This document shows positions 1 to 9,895 of a DNA stretch of 64,000 nt, piece after piece. The translations under genes were made by a program, and so were the position numbers. Position 1 is the first letter of the stretch. Every line of letters begins with the position of its first letter. Location: assembly GCA_963842525.1 (NCBI GenBank), contig CAWJGT010000011.1, forward strand, positions 64,001 to 128,000, written 5' to 3'. The stretch comes from an uncultured Holophagales bacterium (GTDB lineage Bacteria > Acidobacteriota > Thermoanaerobaculia > Multivoradales > UBA5704). Under the pieces are notes generated by a model. That model saw nothing but the letters and a program-made list of their open reading frames with translations, was not told the origin of the DNA and made no database searches.

Positions 1-22
1 ACGAGGTGCTGGGACCGGCCGC

Positions 23-1547
23 TCAGAACTGCGACCAGAGGAACTGGTTCGTGACCTCGTGGTGGTACTGCACCTCGGAGGCCTTGATGAGGGTGCCGAG
101 GGCCTTGGGGCAGCGTTCGGCCTGGGCGAGCTTGATCTCGGCGAACTTGGCGTGCACCTCCTCCCCCAACACCTCCTGCATGAACCGGCTCCCCTTGAAC
201 AGCCGGATGGCGTCGTAGATGTTGTCCGGCAGGAAGCGGGTGCGCGGCCGCTTGTCCCCATCCTCCTCGCTCTGGGGGCCTTCGAGCCCGGTCTTGAGCA
301 GGGTGTAGATCGCCATGTACGGGTTGGCGTCGGGAGCGATGGAGCGCACCTCGACGCGTGCCGAGCGCTCGTTGCCGAGGGGGATGCGCACCATGGAGCC
401 GCGGTCGATGGCCGAGGCCTTGATCTGGTTGGGCGCCTCGAAGTGGGGGTCGAGGCGGCGGTACGAGTTGACGCTCGAGTTGAGCACCAGGCAGATGTCC
501 GTGGCGCTGGCCAGGATGCGGCTGATGAAGTCCCAGCCGGCGGCCGAAAGACCGTCCTTGCCGTCCTTCTCGTAGAAGAGATTGGTCGACTGGCGGGTCA
601 CCGAGAGGTTGGTGTGCATGCCCGAACCGTTGATGCCGGTCACCGGCTTGGGCAGGAAGCTCGCCGTCATCCCCAGGCGCGCCGCGACCTGCCGGGAGAG
701 CAGCTTGTAGAGCTGCACCTGGTCGGCGGCCACCGAGGCCTCGGTGTAGCTGTAGTTCATCTCGAACTGCGAGGGCGCCACCTCCGGGTGGTCCTTCTCG
801 TTGGCGAAGCCCATGGCCCGCTGCACCTCGGCGGCGGTGTCGATGAACTGCCGCAGGGCGTCGCCCGGCAGCGAGTGGTAATAGCCGCCCGTGGAGATGA
901 ACTCGAAGCGGCCGGTCTCGTGGTAGGCTGCGCTCCGCGTCGCGCCCGCGGAAGAGGAAGCCCTCGATCTCGTTGGCGGCGTGGGCGACCATGCCGTCCT
1001 TGGCGTACAGCTTGTCGGTGTACCCCTTGAGCAGGGCCCGCATGTCGGCGCTGTACGGGCTGCCGTCGCGCTCGCGGACCTCGCCGAAGGCCAGCACCTT
1101 GCCGGGGCCGAAGATGTCCGACGGCAGCCAGTAGAAGGCCGGCCAGTCGACCGCCAGTCGCAGGTCCGACTCCTGCTGCCGCGAGAAGCCGCGGATCGAC
1201 GAGCCGTCGAAGGTCAGATTGTCCGCCGCCTTGAGCAGGAACTTCTTGTCATAGTCCAGCATGTGCAGCCGGCCTTCGAGGTCGGTGAAACACACGGTGA
1301 CCGCCTTGATGCGCTTCTCGTCGTTGAGATAGCGCATCCGCTGTTCGCGGACCACGTCGGCGGGCCGCCGGGCCAGCCGCTCCTCCTTGGCCTCGAGGTT
1401 CATCTCCTCCAACTGGTCGTAGGGGATCTCCAGAAAGTCGCGCAGCCCCGGATGCGAGGAGCGGGGCGCCGGCCGCGCCATCTCCTCCAGCTTCTCCGGG
1501 GTCATGGCCGCGAGCGCCTCGGCTCGGCTCGGCTCTGTTGGGTGCAT
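23..1547 (-). CDS. glnA: Glutamine synthetase (frameshift near 925-950)
   Basis: Manual read from ATG 1547 (RBS GGAGGG) gives FTDLEGRLH, TFDGSSIRGF, ESDLRL. C-terminal ORF 23..826 has HPEVAPSQFE, FLPKP, NGSGMHTN, RVEVRS-PDANPY. Confidence 0.9.
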
Positions 1548-1620
1548 GGTTCCCTCCTTGGATTGGCGCGCTGCCCTTTAGCCTAGATTCTACACGAACT
1601 AACCTAGCTGTCAACATGTC

Positions 1621-1648
1621 TAGCCTAAATACCCGTCGATTTAGTCTA
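1621..1648. promoter_or_regulatory. Inverted repeat upstream of glnA (possible operator)
   Basis: TAGCCTAAAT-N8-ATTTAGTCTA, 9/10 complementary, in an AT-rich intergenic region. Confidence 0.4.
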
Positions 1649-1982
1649 ACTGCGAGCCCCGTTACGCTCCCCTGCGCCGCCGCCGAGGGATAAGAAGGGC
1701 CTGAACCGTCGCGCAGGGACGTTCGAACAGGGCGCCTTCCACGGGCGCCTGATCGTCCTGTCCGGGAGGAGCGCCCGGGAGGAGCGCCAGGTGTTTCGCG
1801 ACTGTTCCGCATCTCCTGGAGATCCGGCCCGATGACCTCTTCGGGGATGCAGGTCCACCAGTTGAGGTCCAGGGCGGCGAGGTTACTCCCCAAGATGGGT
1901 CAAGGCTCGCTCGATCAGCGAGTCCGAGGCGGGGTAGAACCGTTCCTTGGCAACCGAGGAAACCCCTGAGCCGCAGGGGTGG

Positions 1983-2680
1983 TCACTCCCCTTCGCCCAA
2001 CCGGGCGCGGAGCCGTGCGAGCTCGGCTTCCGCCGCTTCGGCGCGCTCGTCGCTGGTGGGGATCATCCGGCCCTCGCGATCGAACAGACGAATCCAGGTG
2101 GCGTCCTGATCCTCGACCCGGCCCTGCCAAAGCCCAAGGTCCAGGCCGATCTTCTCGCTCCAGAACCGCCCCGTTGCGTCGGGCTTCCGCGGCTGGTACG
2201 CGCCGCCCACCAGCCGGAAACCCTCCAGTTTCTGGGTTCGATCCGGTAGAGGTAGTACTCCGCCGTCCGGAACGTCCGGGCGTAGAGATCCTTCTTGACC
2301 GTCCGGTCCTTCTTCATGGTCGAGGGGGAGAGGAGCTCGATGATGAGGTCGGGATAACGATCGCCCTCCTCCCACACCACCCAGACCTGGCGGTCATGCC
2401 GCACCGGCACGTCCCCGACGAAGAAGATGTCAGGACCACGAAATTGCTTCGAGCCCACGGGATCGGCCGCGATGTCCCGGGCCTGCTCGTAGGAGTAGTA
2501 GACGAACATGTTGGCGCCGACGAAAAAGTCGGTCCGCCCGCGCTCCGTCATGGCTTGGCGGGTCACGTTGATGAAGAGGCTCATCTGGATGCGGTGCCAG
2601 TTGCTTTCCAAGGGCTCCCCGTCGCCGTAGACGAGCTCGAAGGGAAGGGGGGCGAGCGCCGCAACCGCTGGCTGGCTCAT
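1983..2680 (-). CDS. Uma2-family (PD-(D/E)XK) endonuclease-like protein (frameshift near 2240)
   Basis: ESNWH, GPDIFFV, YPDLIIELLSPST, KKDLY. The C-terminus (SEKIGLDL...ERAEAAEAELARL) continues in ORF 1983..2375. Confidence 0.85.
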
Positions 2681-2705
2681 GCTGGTTCTCCCGTCAAAGG
2701 AGGCT

Positions 2706-3125
2706 TCACGTCTCGCGGTCCGCGTCCGGCCCGAGCCCGAGCAGGCGGGCCAGGGAGCGGCGGACGCGCTCGTCGAAGGGCGAGCCCGGCTCCGGGTCGA
2801 AGCCGGGGCCGGCTCCCAGGGCCGCTTCGAGGTCGTCGAGCAGCCGCCGCGACCCCTCGCCGCCGGCCGGGCGCCGGCGCGGGTAGGCCATGCGGAAGAA
2901 CTCCTCCGGCTCCACGCCCACCGCGTCCAGGATCAGGAAAAGCTGGCGGACCCGCAGCTCCACCGATCCGCCCAGCATCTTGCTCAGCGCCCCGCGGCTC
3001 AGGCCGAGCTGCTGCTCCAGGCCGTGGCGGGTCCGGCCCGACACCTTGATCACCGCGGAGAGCAGCCGGGTCAGCCGGAGGGTCTCCTCCCGGAAGCGGT
3101 CGCCGTCGTCTTTCTGCATCTGCAC
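2706..3125 (-). CDS. XRE-family helix-turn-helix protein
   Basis: TRHGLEQQLGLSRGALSKMLGGSVELRVRQLFLILDAVGV is a Cro/C1-type HTH pattern. Confidence 0.7.
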   Translation of the reverse strand: MQMQKDDGDRFREETLRLTRLLSAVIKVSGRTRHGLEQQLGLSRGALSKMLGGSVELRVRQLFLILDAVGVEPEEFFRMAYPRRRPAGGEGSRRLLDDLEAALGAGPGFDPEPGSPFDERVRRSLARLLGLGPDADRET

Positions 3126-3167
3126 CGGGGGCAGTATAGCCCTCCCCGACTCTGGATCGACCGGCCC

Positions 3168-3332
3168 TTAGAACAGCGTATAGATGAACGGCGCCGCCGT
3201 CTGGCTGGTCGCCACCAGGAGGACGACGATGCCCAGGATCAGCACGAAGGGGACGATCCAGTAGATCTTGTTCTGCCGGGCGAACTGCCAGATCTCTCCA
3301 GCCAGCGATCCGAGGTAGCCGAGCCTGCGCAT
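3168..3332 (-). CDS. Small membrane protein, DUF5989/SxtK-like (54 aa, absent from ORF track)
   Basis: Manual translation MRRLGYLGSLAGEIWQFARQNKIYWIVPFVLILGIVVLLVATSQTAAPFIYTLF; APFIYTLF end, directly after the carbamoyltransferase. Confidence 0.85.
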   Translation of the reverse strand: MRRLGYLGSLAGEIWQFARQNKIYWIVPFVLILGIVVLLVATSQTAAPFIYTLF

Positions 3333-3352
3333 GATTGCCTTCCTTTTCCGTT

Positions 3353-5206
3353 CTAGTCGAGCTGGTAGTCCTGCCGCCAGTCACCCTTCTCCTTCCATTC
3401 CGGCTGGGCCTTCTTGTCCAGCAGGAAGGGGCCGAGGACCAGATAGTCCATCTCCGTCCGCATGAAGCAGCGGTAGGCGTCCTCGGGAGTGCAGACGATC
3501 GGCTCGCCGCGTACGTTGAAGCTGGTGTTGACGATCACGCCATAGCCGGTCAGCTTCTCGAACTCGGCGATCAGCGCATGGTAGCGCGGGTTGACCTCCG
3601 GGTGGACCGACTGGATGCGCGCCGAGTAGTCGACGTGGGTGATGGCAGGGACGTCCGAGCGCGGCCTGTTGACCCATTCGACCAGGGGAAGGTTGCGCTC
3701 GTCGCCCTGTTTCGGGATGCGCCGCCGCTCCACCACGTCCGCCACCAGCAGCATGTAGGGGGACGGCCGGTCGAGCTCGAAGAAGTCCGCGATCCGTTCT
3801 TCCATGACGCTGGGCGCGAAGGGACGGAAGCTCTCGCGGAACTTGATCTTGAGATTCATCACCGACTGCATGCGCGGCGAGCGCGCGTCGCCGAGGATCG
3901 AACGGCCGCCGAGGGCGCGCGGCCCGAACTCCATCCGCCCCTGGCAGAGGCCGACCACGTTCTCGTTGGCGAGGATTTGCGCGATGCGCGGCGCCCAGTC
4001 GGCGTCGGCAAGCTCCTCGGCGGGGTAGCCGTGGTGCGCCAGGAACTCCCGGATCTGCTCGCGCGAGAACTCCGGCCCGAGGAACGCCCCGCGCATGGCG
4101 TCGCGGCCGGGGACGACCGTGCGCGGCTTGTCCATCGCGTTGTGCCAGACGGCCAGGGGCGCGCCGAGGGCGCCGCCGGCGTCGCCCGCCGCGGGCTGGA
4201 TCCAGATGTCGTCGAAGATCCCCTCGCGCAGCAGGATGCCGTTGGCCACGCAGTTGAGGGCCACGCCGCCGGCCATGCACAGGTGGCGCTTGCCGGTGAT
4301 CTCGCGGGCATGGCGGGCGAGCTTCAGGACGATCTCCTCGGTGACCTCCTGGATCGACTTCGCCAGGTCCATCTCGCGCTGCGTGATCGGCGACTCCGGG
4401 GGCCGCGGCGGGCCGCCGAAGAGCTGCGCGAAGCGGCCGTTGGTCATCGCCAGGCCGTCGAGATAGCCGAAATAGTCCATGTCGAGGCGGAACGAGCCGT
4501 CCTCGCGTACGTCCACCAGCTCGCGCTTGATGAGGTCCGCGTAGCGCCCCTCGCCGTAGGGGGCGAGGCCCATCAGCTTGTACTCGCCGGAGTTGACCTT
4601 GAAGCCCGTGAAATAGGTGAAGGCCGAATAGAGCAGGCCCAGCGAGTGCGGGAAGTCGATCCGGCGCAGCAGGCGCAGGCGGTTCCCCTCGCCCACGCCG
4701 ATCGTCGTGGTCGCCCATTCGCCGACGCCGTCGAGGGTCAGGACGGCGGCCTCCTCGAAGGGCGAGGGGTAGAACGCGCTCGCCGCGTGCGACTCGTGGT
4801 GCTCGGTGAAATAGATCTGCGGCGGTTTTCCGGGGCGTCCGGGGCCGCCGAGGCCGCAGCGCTCCAGGGCCTCGTGGATCTGCGGCGGGATCCACAGCTT
4901 CTCCTTGAGCCAGAGCGGCACCGCCTGGACGCAGGAGCGCAGGCCGCGCGGCGCCACCGCCAGATAGGTCTCGAGGATGCGGTGGAACTTGAGCAGCGGC
5001 TTGTCGTAGAAGACGACTCCGCCGAGGTCCGCGGCGCTCTCGACCCCGCCCTCGGCGAGGCAGTAGCGTACGGCGTTGACGGGAAAATCGGCGTCGTGCT
5101 TCTTGCGCGTGAAGCGTTCCTCCTGCGCCGCGGCCACGATGCGGCCCTCGTCGATCAGGCAGGCCGCCGCATCGTGGTAGTAGCAACTGATGCCGAGGAG
5201 CTTCAT
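3353..5206 (-). CDS. Carbamoyltransferase (NodU/CmcH/SxtI family)
   Basis: YHDAAA, AQEERFTRKKH, EHHESHAASA, DGVGE, AGGVALNC, FGPRALG, NTSFNVRGEPIV. Confidence 0.95.
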   Translation of the reverse strand: MKLLGISCYYHDAAACLIDEGRIVAAAQEERFTRKKHDADFPVNAVRYCLAEGGVESAADLGGVVFYDKPLLKFHRILETYLAVAPRGLRSCVQAVPLWLKEKLWIPPQIHEALERCGLGGPGRPGKPPQIYFTEHHESHAASAFYPSPFEEAAVLTLDGVGEWATTTIGVGEGNRLRLLRRIDFPHSLGLLYSAFTYFTGFKVNSGEYKLMGLAPYGEGRYADLIKRELVDVREDGSFRLDMDYFGYLDGLAMTNGRFAQLFGGPPRPPESPITQREMDLAKSIQEVTEEIVLKLARHAREITGKRHLCMAGGVALNCVANGILLREGIFDDIWIQPAAGDAGGALGAPLAVWHNAMDKPRTVVPGRDAMRGAFLGPEFSREQIREFLAHHGYPAEELADADWAPRIAQILANENVVGLCQGRMEFGPRALGGRSILGDARSPRMQSVMNLKIKFRESFRPFAPSVMEERIADFFELDRPSPYMLLVADVVERRRIPKQGDERNLPLVEWVNRPRSDVPAITHVDYSARIQSVHPEVNPRYHALIAEFEKLTGYGVIVNTSFNVRGEPIVCTPEDAYRCFMRTEMDYLVLGPFLLDKKAQPEWKEKGDWRQDYQLD

Positions 5207-5209
5207 TTG

Positions 5210-5734
5210 TCAGAACTGCTTCCGGTAGGAGTCCGGCGTCCGCGCCCGGTCGTCCGCCGGGATCCAATAGGTGGTCAGCCGCGGATCGAACGAGCGGGTG
5301 ATCCCGAGCCGCTTCTGGCCCCGCAGCACCAGGCCCACGGGGAGGAACAGGAGGTAGTAGACCATCGTCATCATCACCCAGGTGACGCCGGTGCCCACCG
5401 CATGGCCGAAGCGGTCGAGCGCCCGGGTGACCGCCCGTCCGGCGGTCCGCGGGGCCAGCAGCGCCGGCAGGGAGAGGGCCAGGGCGACGGCCGCGACCAC
5501 GGCGGCCACCACAGGCCGCTCCCAATACAGCCAGAGCGCTGCGGCCACGGCCAGGCCGACCGCGGCGCCGATCGCTCCGCGGGTGCGCACGGCGGACGCC
5601 TCGTGGCTCTGCGCCCCTGTGCCGGTCTCCCCTTCGCGGCCTTCGCGCCCTTCGCGCCATACCCAGACCACGGCGGAGGGCTCTCGTTTCAGTATCTGCA
5701 TCTCGTCCTCTTGATCTCGTGTGGCGAGCGGCAC
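5210..5734 (-). CDS. SxtJ-like membrane protein (start uncertain)
   Basis: Hydrophobic helices, YYLLFLPVGL, TYWIP, C-terminal RKQF; upstream of the carbamoyltransferase. Confidence 0.7.
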   Translation of the reverse strand: MPLATRDQEDEMQILKREPSAVVWVWREGREGREGETGTGAQSHEASAVRTRGAIGAAVGLAVAAALWLYWERPVVAAVVAAVALALSLPALLAPRTAGRAVTRALDRFGHAVGTGVTWVMMTMVYYLLFLPVGLVLRGQKRLGITRSFDPRLTTYWIPADDRARTPDSYRKQF

Positions 5735-5910
5735 GGTATCCTAAACGAAAAGGCCAAAAAGCCGCCATTCTCCGGAAATTCCCGAAAACTCGATTTTTTC
5801 TTGCGCATGCGCGCGAAGTCCCGCTACACTCTTGCCAAACATCGCAAGGAATGAGGCCTCCGGCAGTTGCGGAGCCTGCATCCTCGCCCAGAGTACGCAG
5901 GAGGTTGTCG

Positions 5911-7224
5911 ATGAGAAAACCGCTCCTCGGTCTCTTCGCCCTGCTCGCAAGCGTGGCTCCCGCCTTTGCGGGGGAGGTCTACGTTCCCTACGCGAGCAAC
6001 CAAACCATCCAGGGAACGACCTACCGAACCAAGGTGTGGGTGACTAACGTCGGCAGCGTGGCTCGGAAGTTCAGTACACGCTTCATCGAACAGGGGATTG
6101 ACGGCACCAAGGTGCCCGCGCAGCCGGGCAACGACCTCAGCGTGCCCGCCGGCGGCACCCTGCTGCTGAACAATCTCGCCCCCCAGACCAAGGTCGGCCT
6201 GCTCGAGATCAGCGGCGCTCCGCAGCTCGTGGTCAATGCGCGGCTCGATGCGCTCAACGCCCAGGGGCAGGTCGTCTCCAGCACCAACATGCCGGTGATC
6301 TCCACGGCCAACGTGATGAAGCCCAATGCGACCGCCCAGCTCCAGGGGCTGGAGCGCACCTCCCGCGGGACTCTGACCGACTTCGGCCTGGTGAACGTCG
6401 GCGAGCAGGCGGCGCAGTGCACGATCAAGGCCTTCCGGGCCAACAGCACCCAGATCGCGCAGACGGTGACCCTCTCGGTGCCCCCGCTGGCGGTCTTCCA
6501 CTTCAGCGAGGCGCTGGTGACTCTGGGCGAGCCGGCGGTCGCCGATGCCCGCATCGAGACCACCTGCGACAAGCAGTTCTTCACCTATGCCGTGGTCTTC
6601 AAGGTCGGCGGCCCCGAGGCGAGCTTCGTGACCCCCTCCGGCAGCCTCGAGGGCGACCTGATCGCGGGCGGCGGCAACGCCGCGGGCTCGGTGGTCTACC
6701 AGGTGCCGGGCGTCTATCTCAATGCCAAGAACGGCGACTCCTTCAAGCAGTTCGACCTGCCGGTCGTCGAAGGCGTCCGCTACAAGAAGGCGACCGTCGA
6801 GTTCGACCTTTTCGTCGGCAAGTTCCCGAACGGCATCTTCGCGGGGGTGCACGGGTTCCGGCGCACCGACAAGACCCTCTACTACGGCCTGATCGTCCGC
6901 GGCGGACGCCAGAAGACGATCCTCGACATGGGCGTCGACGACGACATCGTGACCGGCAGCAACGGCGGGCCCTGGCTCGAGCAGAAGCAGTATCACGTGG
7001 TGTTCGACTACGACACCGTGACCCAGCAGCTCACCTTCCGGCTCTCCCGCAACGGCTCCGTGGTCGAGACGCTGACCGGCCGCCTCAACCACCTCGACCT
7101 GTCGAAGAACGGCCGCGTGATGCGGGTCGACTTCGGCCAGAACGGGGTCGCCGACGGCGCCTACTTCCCGCCGATCGGCTGGACCTACTCGAACCTGAAG
7201 GTCACCCTCGAGCCCGCCGAATAG
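5911..7224 (+). CDS. Secreted beta-rich hypothetical protein
   Basis: RBS GGAGG, signal peptide MRKPLLGLFALLASVAPAFA, YRTKVWVTN, strong GC3 bias. Confidence 0.8.
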   Translation: MRKPLLGLFALLASVAPAFAGEVYVPYASNQTIQGTTYRTKVWVTNVGSVARKFSTRFIEQGIDGTKVPAQPGNDLSVPAGGTLLLNNLAPQTKVGLLEISGAPQLVVNARLDALNAQGQVVSSTNMPVISTANVMKPNATAQLQGLERTSRGTLTDFGLVNVGEQAAQCTIKAFRANSTQIAQTVTLSVPPLAVFHFSEALVTLGEPAVADARIETTCDKQFFTYAVVFKVGGPEASFVTPSGSLEGDLIAGGGNAAGSVVYQVPGVYLNAKNGDSFKQFDLPVVEGVRYKKATVEFDLFVGKFPNGIFAGVHGFRRTDKTLYYGLIVRGGRQKTILDMGVDDDIVTGSNGGPWLEQKQYHVVFDYDTVTQQLTFRLSRNGSVVETLTGRLNHLDLSKNGRVMRVDFGQNGVADGAYFPPIGWTYSNLKVTLEPAE

Positions 7225-7265
7225 GCGCGCAGAACCCTCTCCCCCTGGCGGGTCGGGGGAGGGGG

Positions 7266-8753
7266 CTATTTCACGAAGACCAGGTTCGCCGCCAGTGTGA
7301 GGACCAGCCCGGCCTGGGCCAGGAGCAGCAGGGCGACCCAGGCGGAGCGGGGGGGCCAGCGCTCGGCGGCGGCGCCGGCGGCGAGCAGGCAGGCGAAAGG
7401 CATCAGGAACAGCCAGATCCGCCCCGCCTCGCCGCGTACGCTGCCCGAGACGAGCAGCACGGCGAGCAGCGCCCACCATCCCCAGGCGAGGACGTTGAAA
7501 CCGGCCGTCCGCTCGCGCCGGGGGCGCAGGGCCGCGGCCGCGAGCCCGGCCACCGCGGGCCCCAGCAGCAGGAGGAGGTCGTAGGGGTTCCAGAGCAGCC
7601 AGGTCGAGTAGCTGCGCGAAATCACCGCAATGGCGCGGTGCTGCACCATGGCGGCCCGGAAGGCGGACCAGGGGTCGTAGCCCGCGAACAGGGCGAGCAT
7701 GATCCAGGGGAGCAGGAACCCGGCGGCCAGCGCCGCCGCCCGGACCGCGGCGGATTTCGCGGATCTCGGCTCCTTTTGCACCTCCTCGCCGGCCGGCAGG
7801 GTCTCCGGGGTCTCCGAGGTCTCCGGGGTCGACCTGGGAATCAGGGCGAGGAAGAGGACGAGAGGGAGAGCGGCGAGGTACCCGTAGCTGAAGAAGACAC
7901 AGCCGGCGGCGAGCAGTCCGGCGAGGAAGGTGCGGACCCTGCCGCCGGTCGCGGCGAGCCAGGCCGCGGTCACCAGGAAGACCGGCAGGGCCTGATCGAG
8001 CGAGGGCATGAACAGTGACCGGGCCGGGACGAGGAGCCACAACGTGACCGCCAGGAGGCCGGCGCCCGGAGGGAGGCCGAGCGCCTTGGCGAGCCGGTAG
8101 AGCGGCCAGGCGGCCAGGGCCGAGAGGGCCGGCAGCAGCAGGGAGAGCAGCACGAGCGTCCCCGGGGCGGGAAGCTCCCGCGGGACGCGACGGCCGCGGT
8201 CTCTGGCGCGCTGCGCCTCCTCCCGCAGGCTCTCAGCCGCATAGCCGCCGAGGCTGCCGGGGCGCTGCTCCGGCAGCAGGCGGCCGACACGGTCGAGCGC
8301 GCGCACGGCCAGAAGCGGCCCGGGCGGATGCGTCCGCGCATGCTGGTTGAGGCGCGCGATGGCCCGCGGATAGTCGGCCAGCAGCTCGCGGGTCGGCGGC
8401 GCGAGGCCGGCGTTGAACACATAGCCGAAGCTGTGGCGCGAGGCCAGAGATCCCAGGACCCGGAAGAACCCGTTGGGCTGGGCCTGCGCCAGGTTGAGCG
8501 TGAGCACCCAGCCGAGGGGGATCAGCAGGAGGAGGGCCCACCGCCAGTCGGTCGGCCGGTCCTGCGCCGCAAAATAGGTCAGGACGATCATGAGGAGCGC
8601 CGCCACCAGCAGCGCGAGCCCCGTGAGCCCGGGGCTGCGATAGACCCACTCCCACTCTTTCGGGCCGTTCGCCGCCGGAAGCTGCGCCGTGACCATGGCG
8701 ATCAGGTCCACCGTGGCCAGCAGGAGGATCAGAGGAACGAAGGCTCGGCGCAT
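7266..8753 (-). CDS. Polytopic membrane protein, GT-C-like
   Basis: Many TM segments, THPPGP loop motif, GEAGRIWLFL. Confidence 0.65.
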   Translation of the reverse strand: MRRAFVPLILLLATVDLIAMVTAQLPAANGPKEWEWVYRSPGLTGLALLVAALLMIVLTYFAAQDRPTDWRWALLLLIPLGWVLTLNLAQAQPNGFFRVLGSLASRHSFGYVFNAGLAPPTRELLADYPRAIARLNQHARTHPPGPLLAVRALDRVGRLLPEQRPGSLGGYAAESLREEAQRARDRGRRVPRELPAPGTLVLLSLLLPALSALAAWPLYRLAKALGLPPGAGLLAVTLWLLVPARSLFMPSLDQALPVFLVTAAWLAATGGRVRTFLAGLLAAGCVFFSYGYLAALPLVLFLALIPRSTPETSETPETLPAGEEVQKEPRSAKSAAVRAAALAAGFLLPWIMLALFAGYDPWSAFRAAMVQHRAIAVISRSYSTWLLWNPYDLLLLLGPAVAGLAAAALRPRRERTAGFNVLAWGWWALLAVLLVSGSVRGEAGRIWLFLMPFACLLAAGAAAERWPPRSAWVALLLLAQAGLVLTLAANLVFVK

Positions 8754-8833
8754 CGGAGCCGTTAAGCTAGCACACCCTCACCCGGCCCCATGCGCCCAGG
8801 GTGTGAGCCCTGGGCGAGCTAGAATCCCTCTCC

Positions 8834-9841
8834 ATGCCCTTCCCGCCCCTGCCATCCGTGCCACCTCTTCCAAGACCGTCGCGCCGCCTGGAGATCCCCG
8901 GCTTCGCCCTGGGCCACGGCTCGGACACGACCGGCATGACCGGCGTCACCGTGATCCTCTGCCCCGAGGGAGCGGTGGCGGCGGCGGAGGTGCGCGGCTC
9001 GGCCACCGGCACGCGACAGTTCGACTCCCTGGTCGGCGGCCAGCGCCTTGCCAGCCGTGTCCACGCCGCGGTGCTGGCCGGCGGAAGCGCATTCGGCCTC
9101 TCCGCCTCCGACCCGGTGATCGACTGGCTCGCCCGCCGCGGCCACGGCTTCCAGACCGGGATCCTCCCGGTGCCGCTCGTCCCCACGGCCATCCTTTTCG
9201 ACCTCGGCTTCGGGGACCCGGCCGCCCGGCCCACCCCGGCCCTGGTCGCCGGCGCTCTGGAGGCGGCCCAGGCCGTGGCCGGGGAGGTCGCGGTGGGGAG
9301 CGTCGGCGCCGGCACCGGAGCCACCGTCGGCAAGGTCCTGGGACGGGAGAACGGCATGAAGGGGGGCTTCGGCTTCGCGAGCCTGACCGTGCCGGGCGGC
9401 CCCACCGTGGCCGCCGCCGTGGCGGTCAACGCCTTCGGCGACGTGAGGCGCCTGGACGGCACCCTGCTGGCCGGCTGCCGGACAAGCCCCGGCTCCCGCG
9501 AGCTGGCGAGTGCCGAGCGCGTCCTGGCCGCCCTGCCGCCGGACGCTGCGCATCCCTGGGAAGGGAACACCACCCTGGCCGTGGTGATGACCGATGCGGT
9601 CCTGAGCAAGGACAGCGCCTTGAAGGTCTGCCAGATGGCCTTCGGCGGCTTCTACCGCACCCTCTCCCCCGCCCTCTCCCTCTACGACGGCGACCTGATC
9701 GTCACCCTCGGCCTCGGCAGCCGCCCCGCCCACGTCCACCAAGTCGGCATCCTCGCCGAAAGAGCCGTCGCCGAAGCCATCCTGACCGGCGTGGGGGAAG
9801 CCGACGGCTTCGGATTGCTGCCGGCGGTGCGGGATCTATAG
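8834..9841 (+). CDS. P1/DmpA-family peptidase (S58)
   Basis: TGVTVI, LAGGSAFGL, GSVGAGTGA, KGGFG, VNAFGD, NTT, DGD. Confidence 0.9.
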   Translation: MPFPPLPSVPPLPRPSRRLEIPGFALGHGSDTTGMTGVTVILCPEGAVAAAEVRGSATGTRQFDSLVGGQRLASRVHAAVLAGGSAFGLSASDPVIDWLARRGHGFQTGILPVPLVPTAILFDLGFGDPAARPTPALVAGALEAAQAVAGEVAVGSVGAGTGATVGKVLGRENGMKGGFGFASLTVPGGPTVAAAVAVNAFGDVRRLDGTLLAGCRTSPGSRELASAERVLAALPPDAAHPWEGNTTLAVVMTDAVLSKDSALKVCQMAFGGFYRTLSPALSLYDGDLIVTLGLGSRPAHVHQVGILAERAVAEAILTGVGEADGFGLLPAVRDL

Positions 9842-9895
9842 GACGTAGCGCCGCCGCATCTGCGGTACCATCCCCCCAGCATCGGTCCTTATCTC

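Noticed and set aside
1646-1930. Short ORFs between glnA and the Uma2 gene
   Set aside because: No RBS or recognisable motif; cannot be supported.
3353-5206. Saxitoxin biosynthesis
   Set aside because: No sxtA, sxtG or other core genes in the window.
3335-5854. Very long antisense or alternate-frame ORFs (e.g. 3335..5854, 29759..32698, 33667..36483, 37788..40712)
   Set aside because: Shadows of real genes in high-GC DNA; Arg/Gly/Pro-rich and without motifs.
7799-7830. 9-nt tandem repeat encoding TPETSETPET (also REG x3 near 5630)
   Set aside because: Short in-frame low-complexity linkers; no sign of phase variation.
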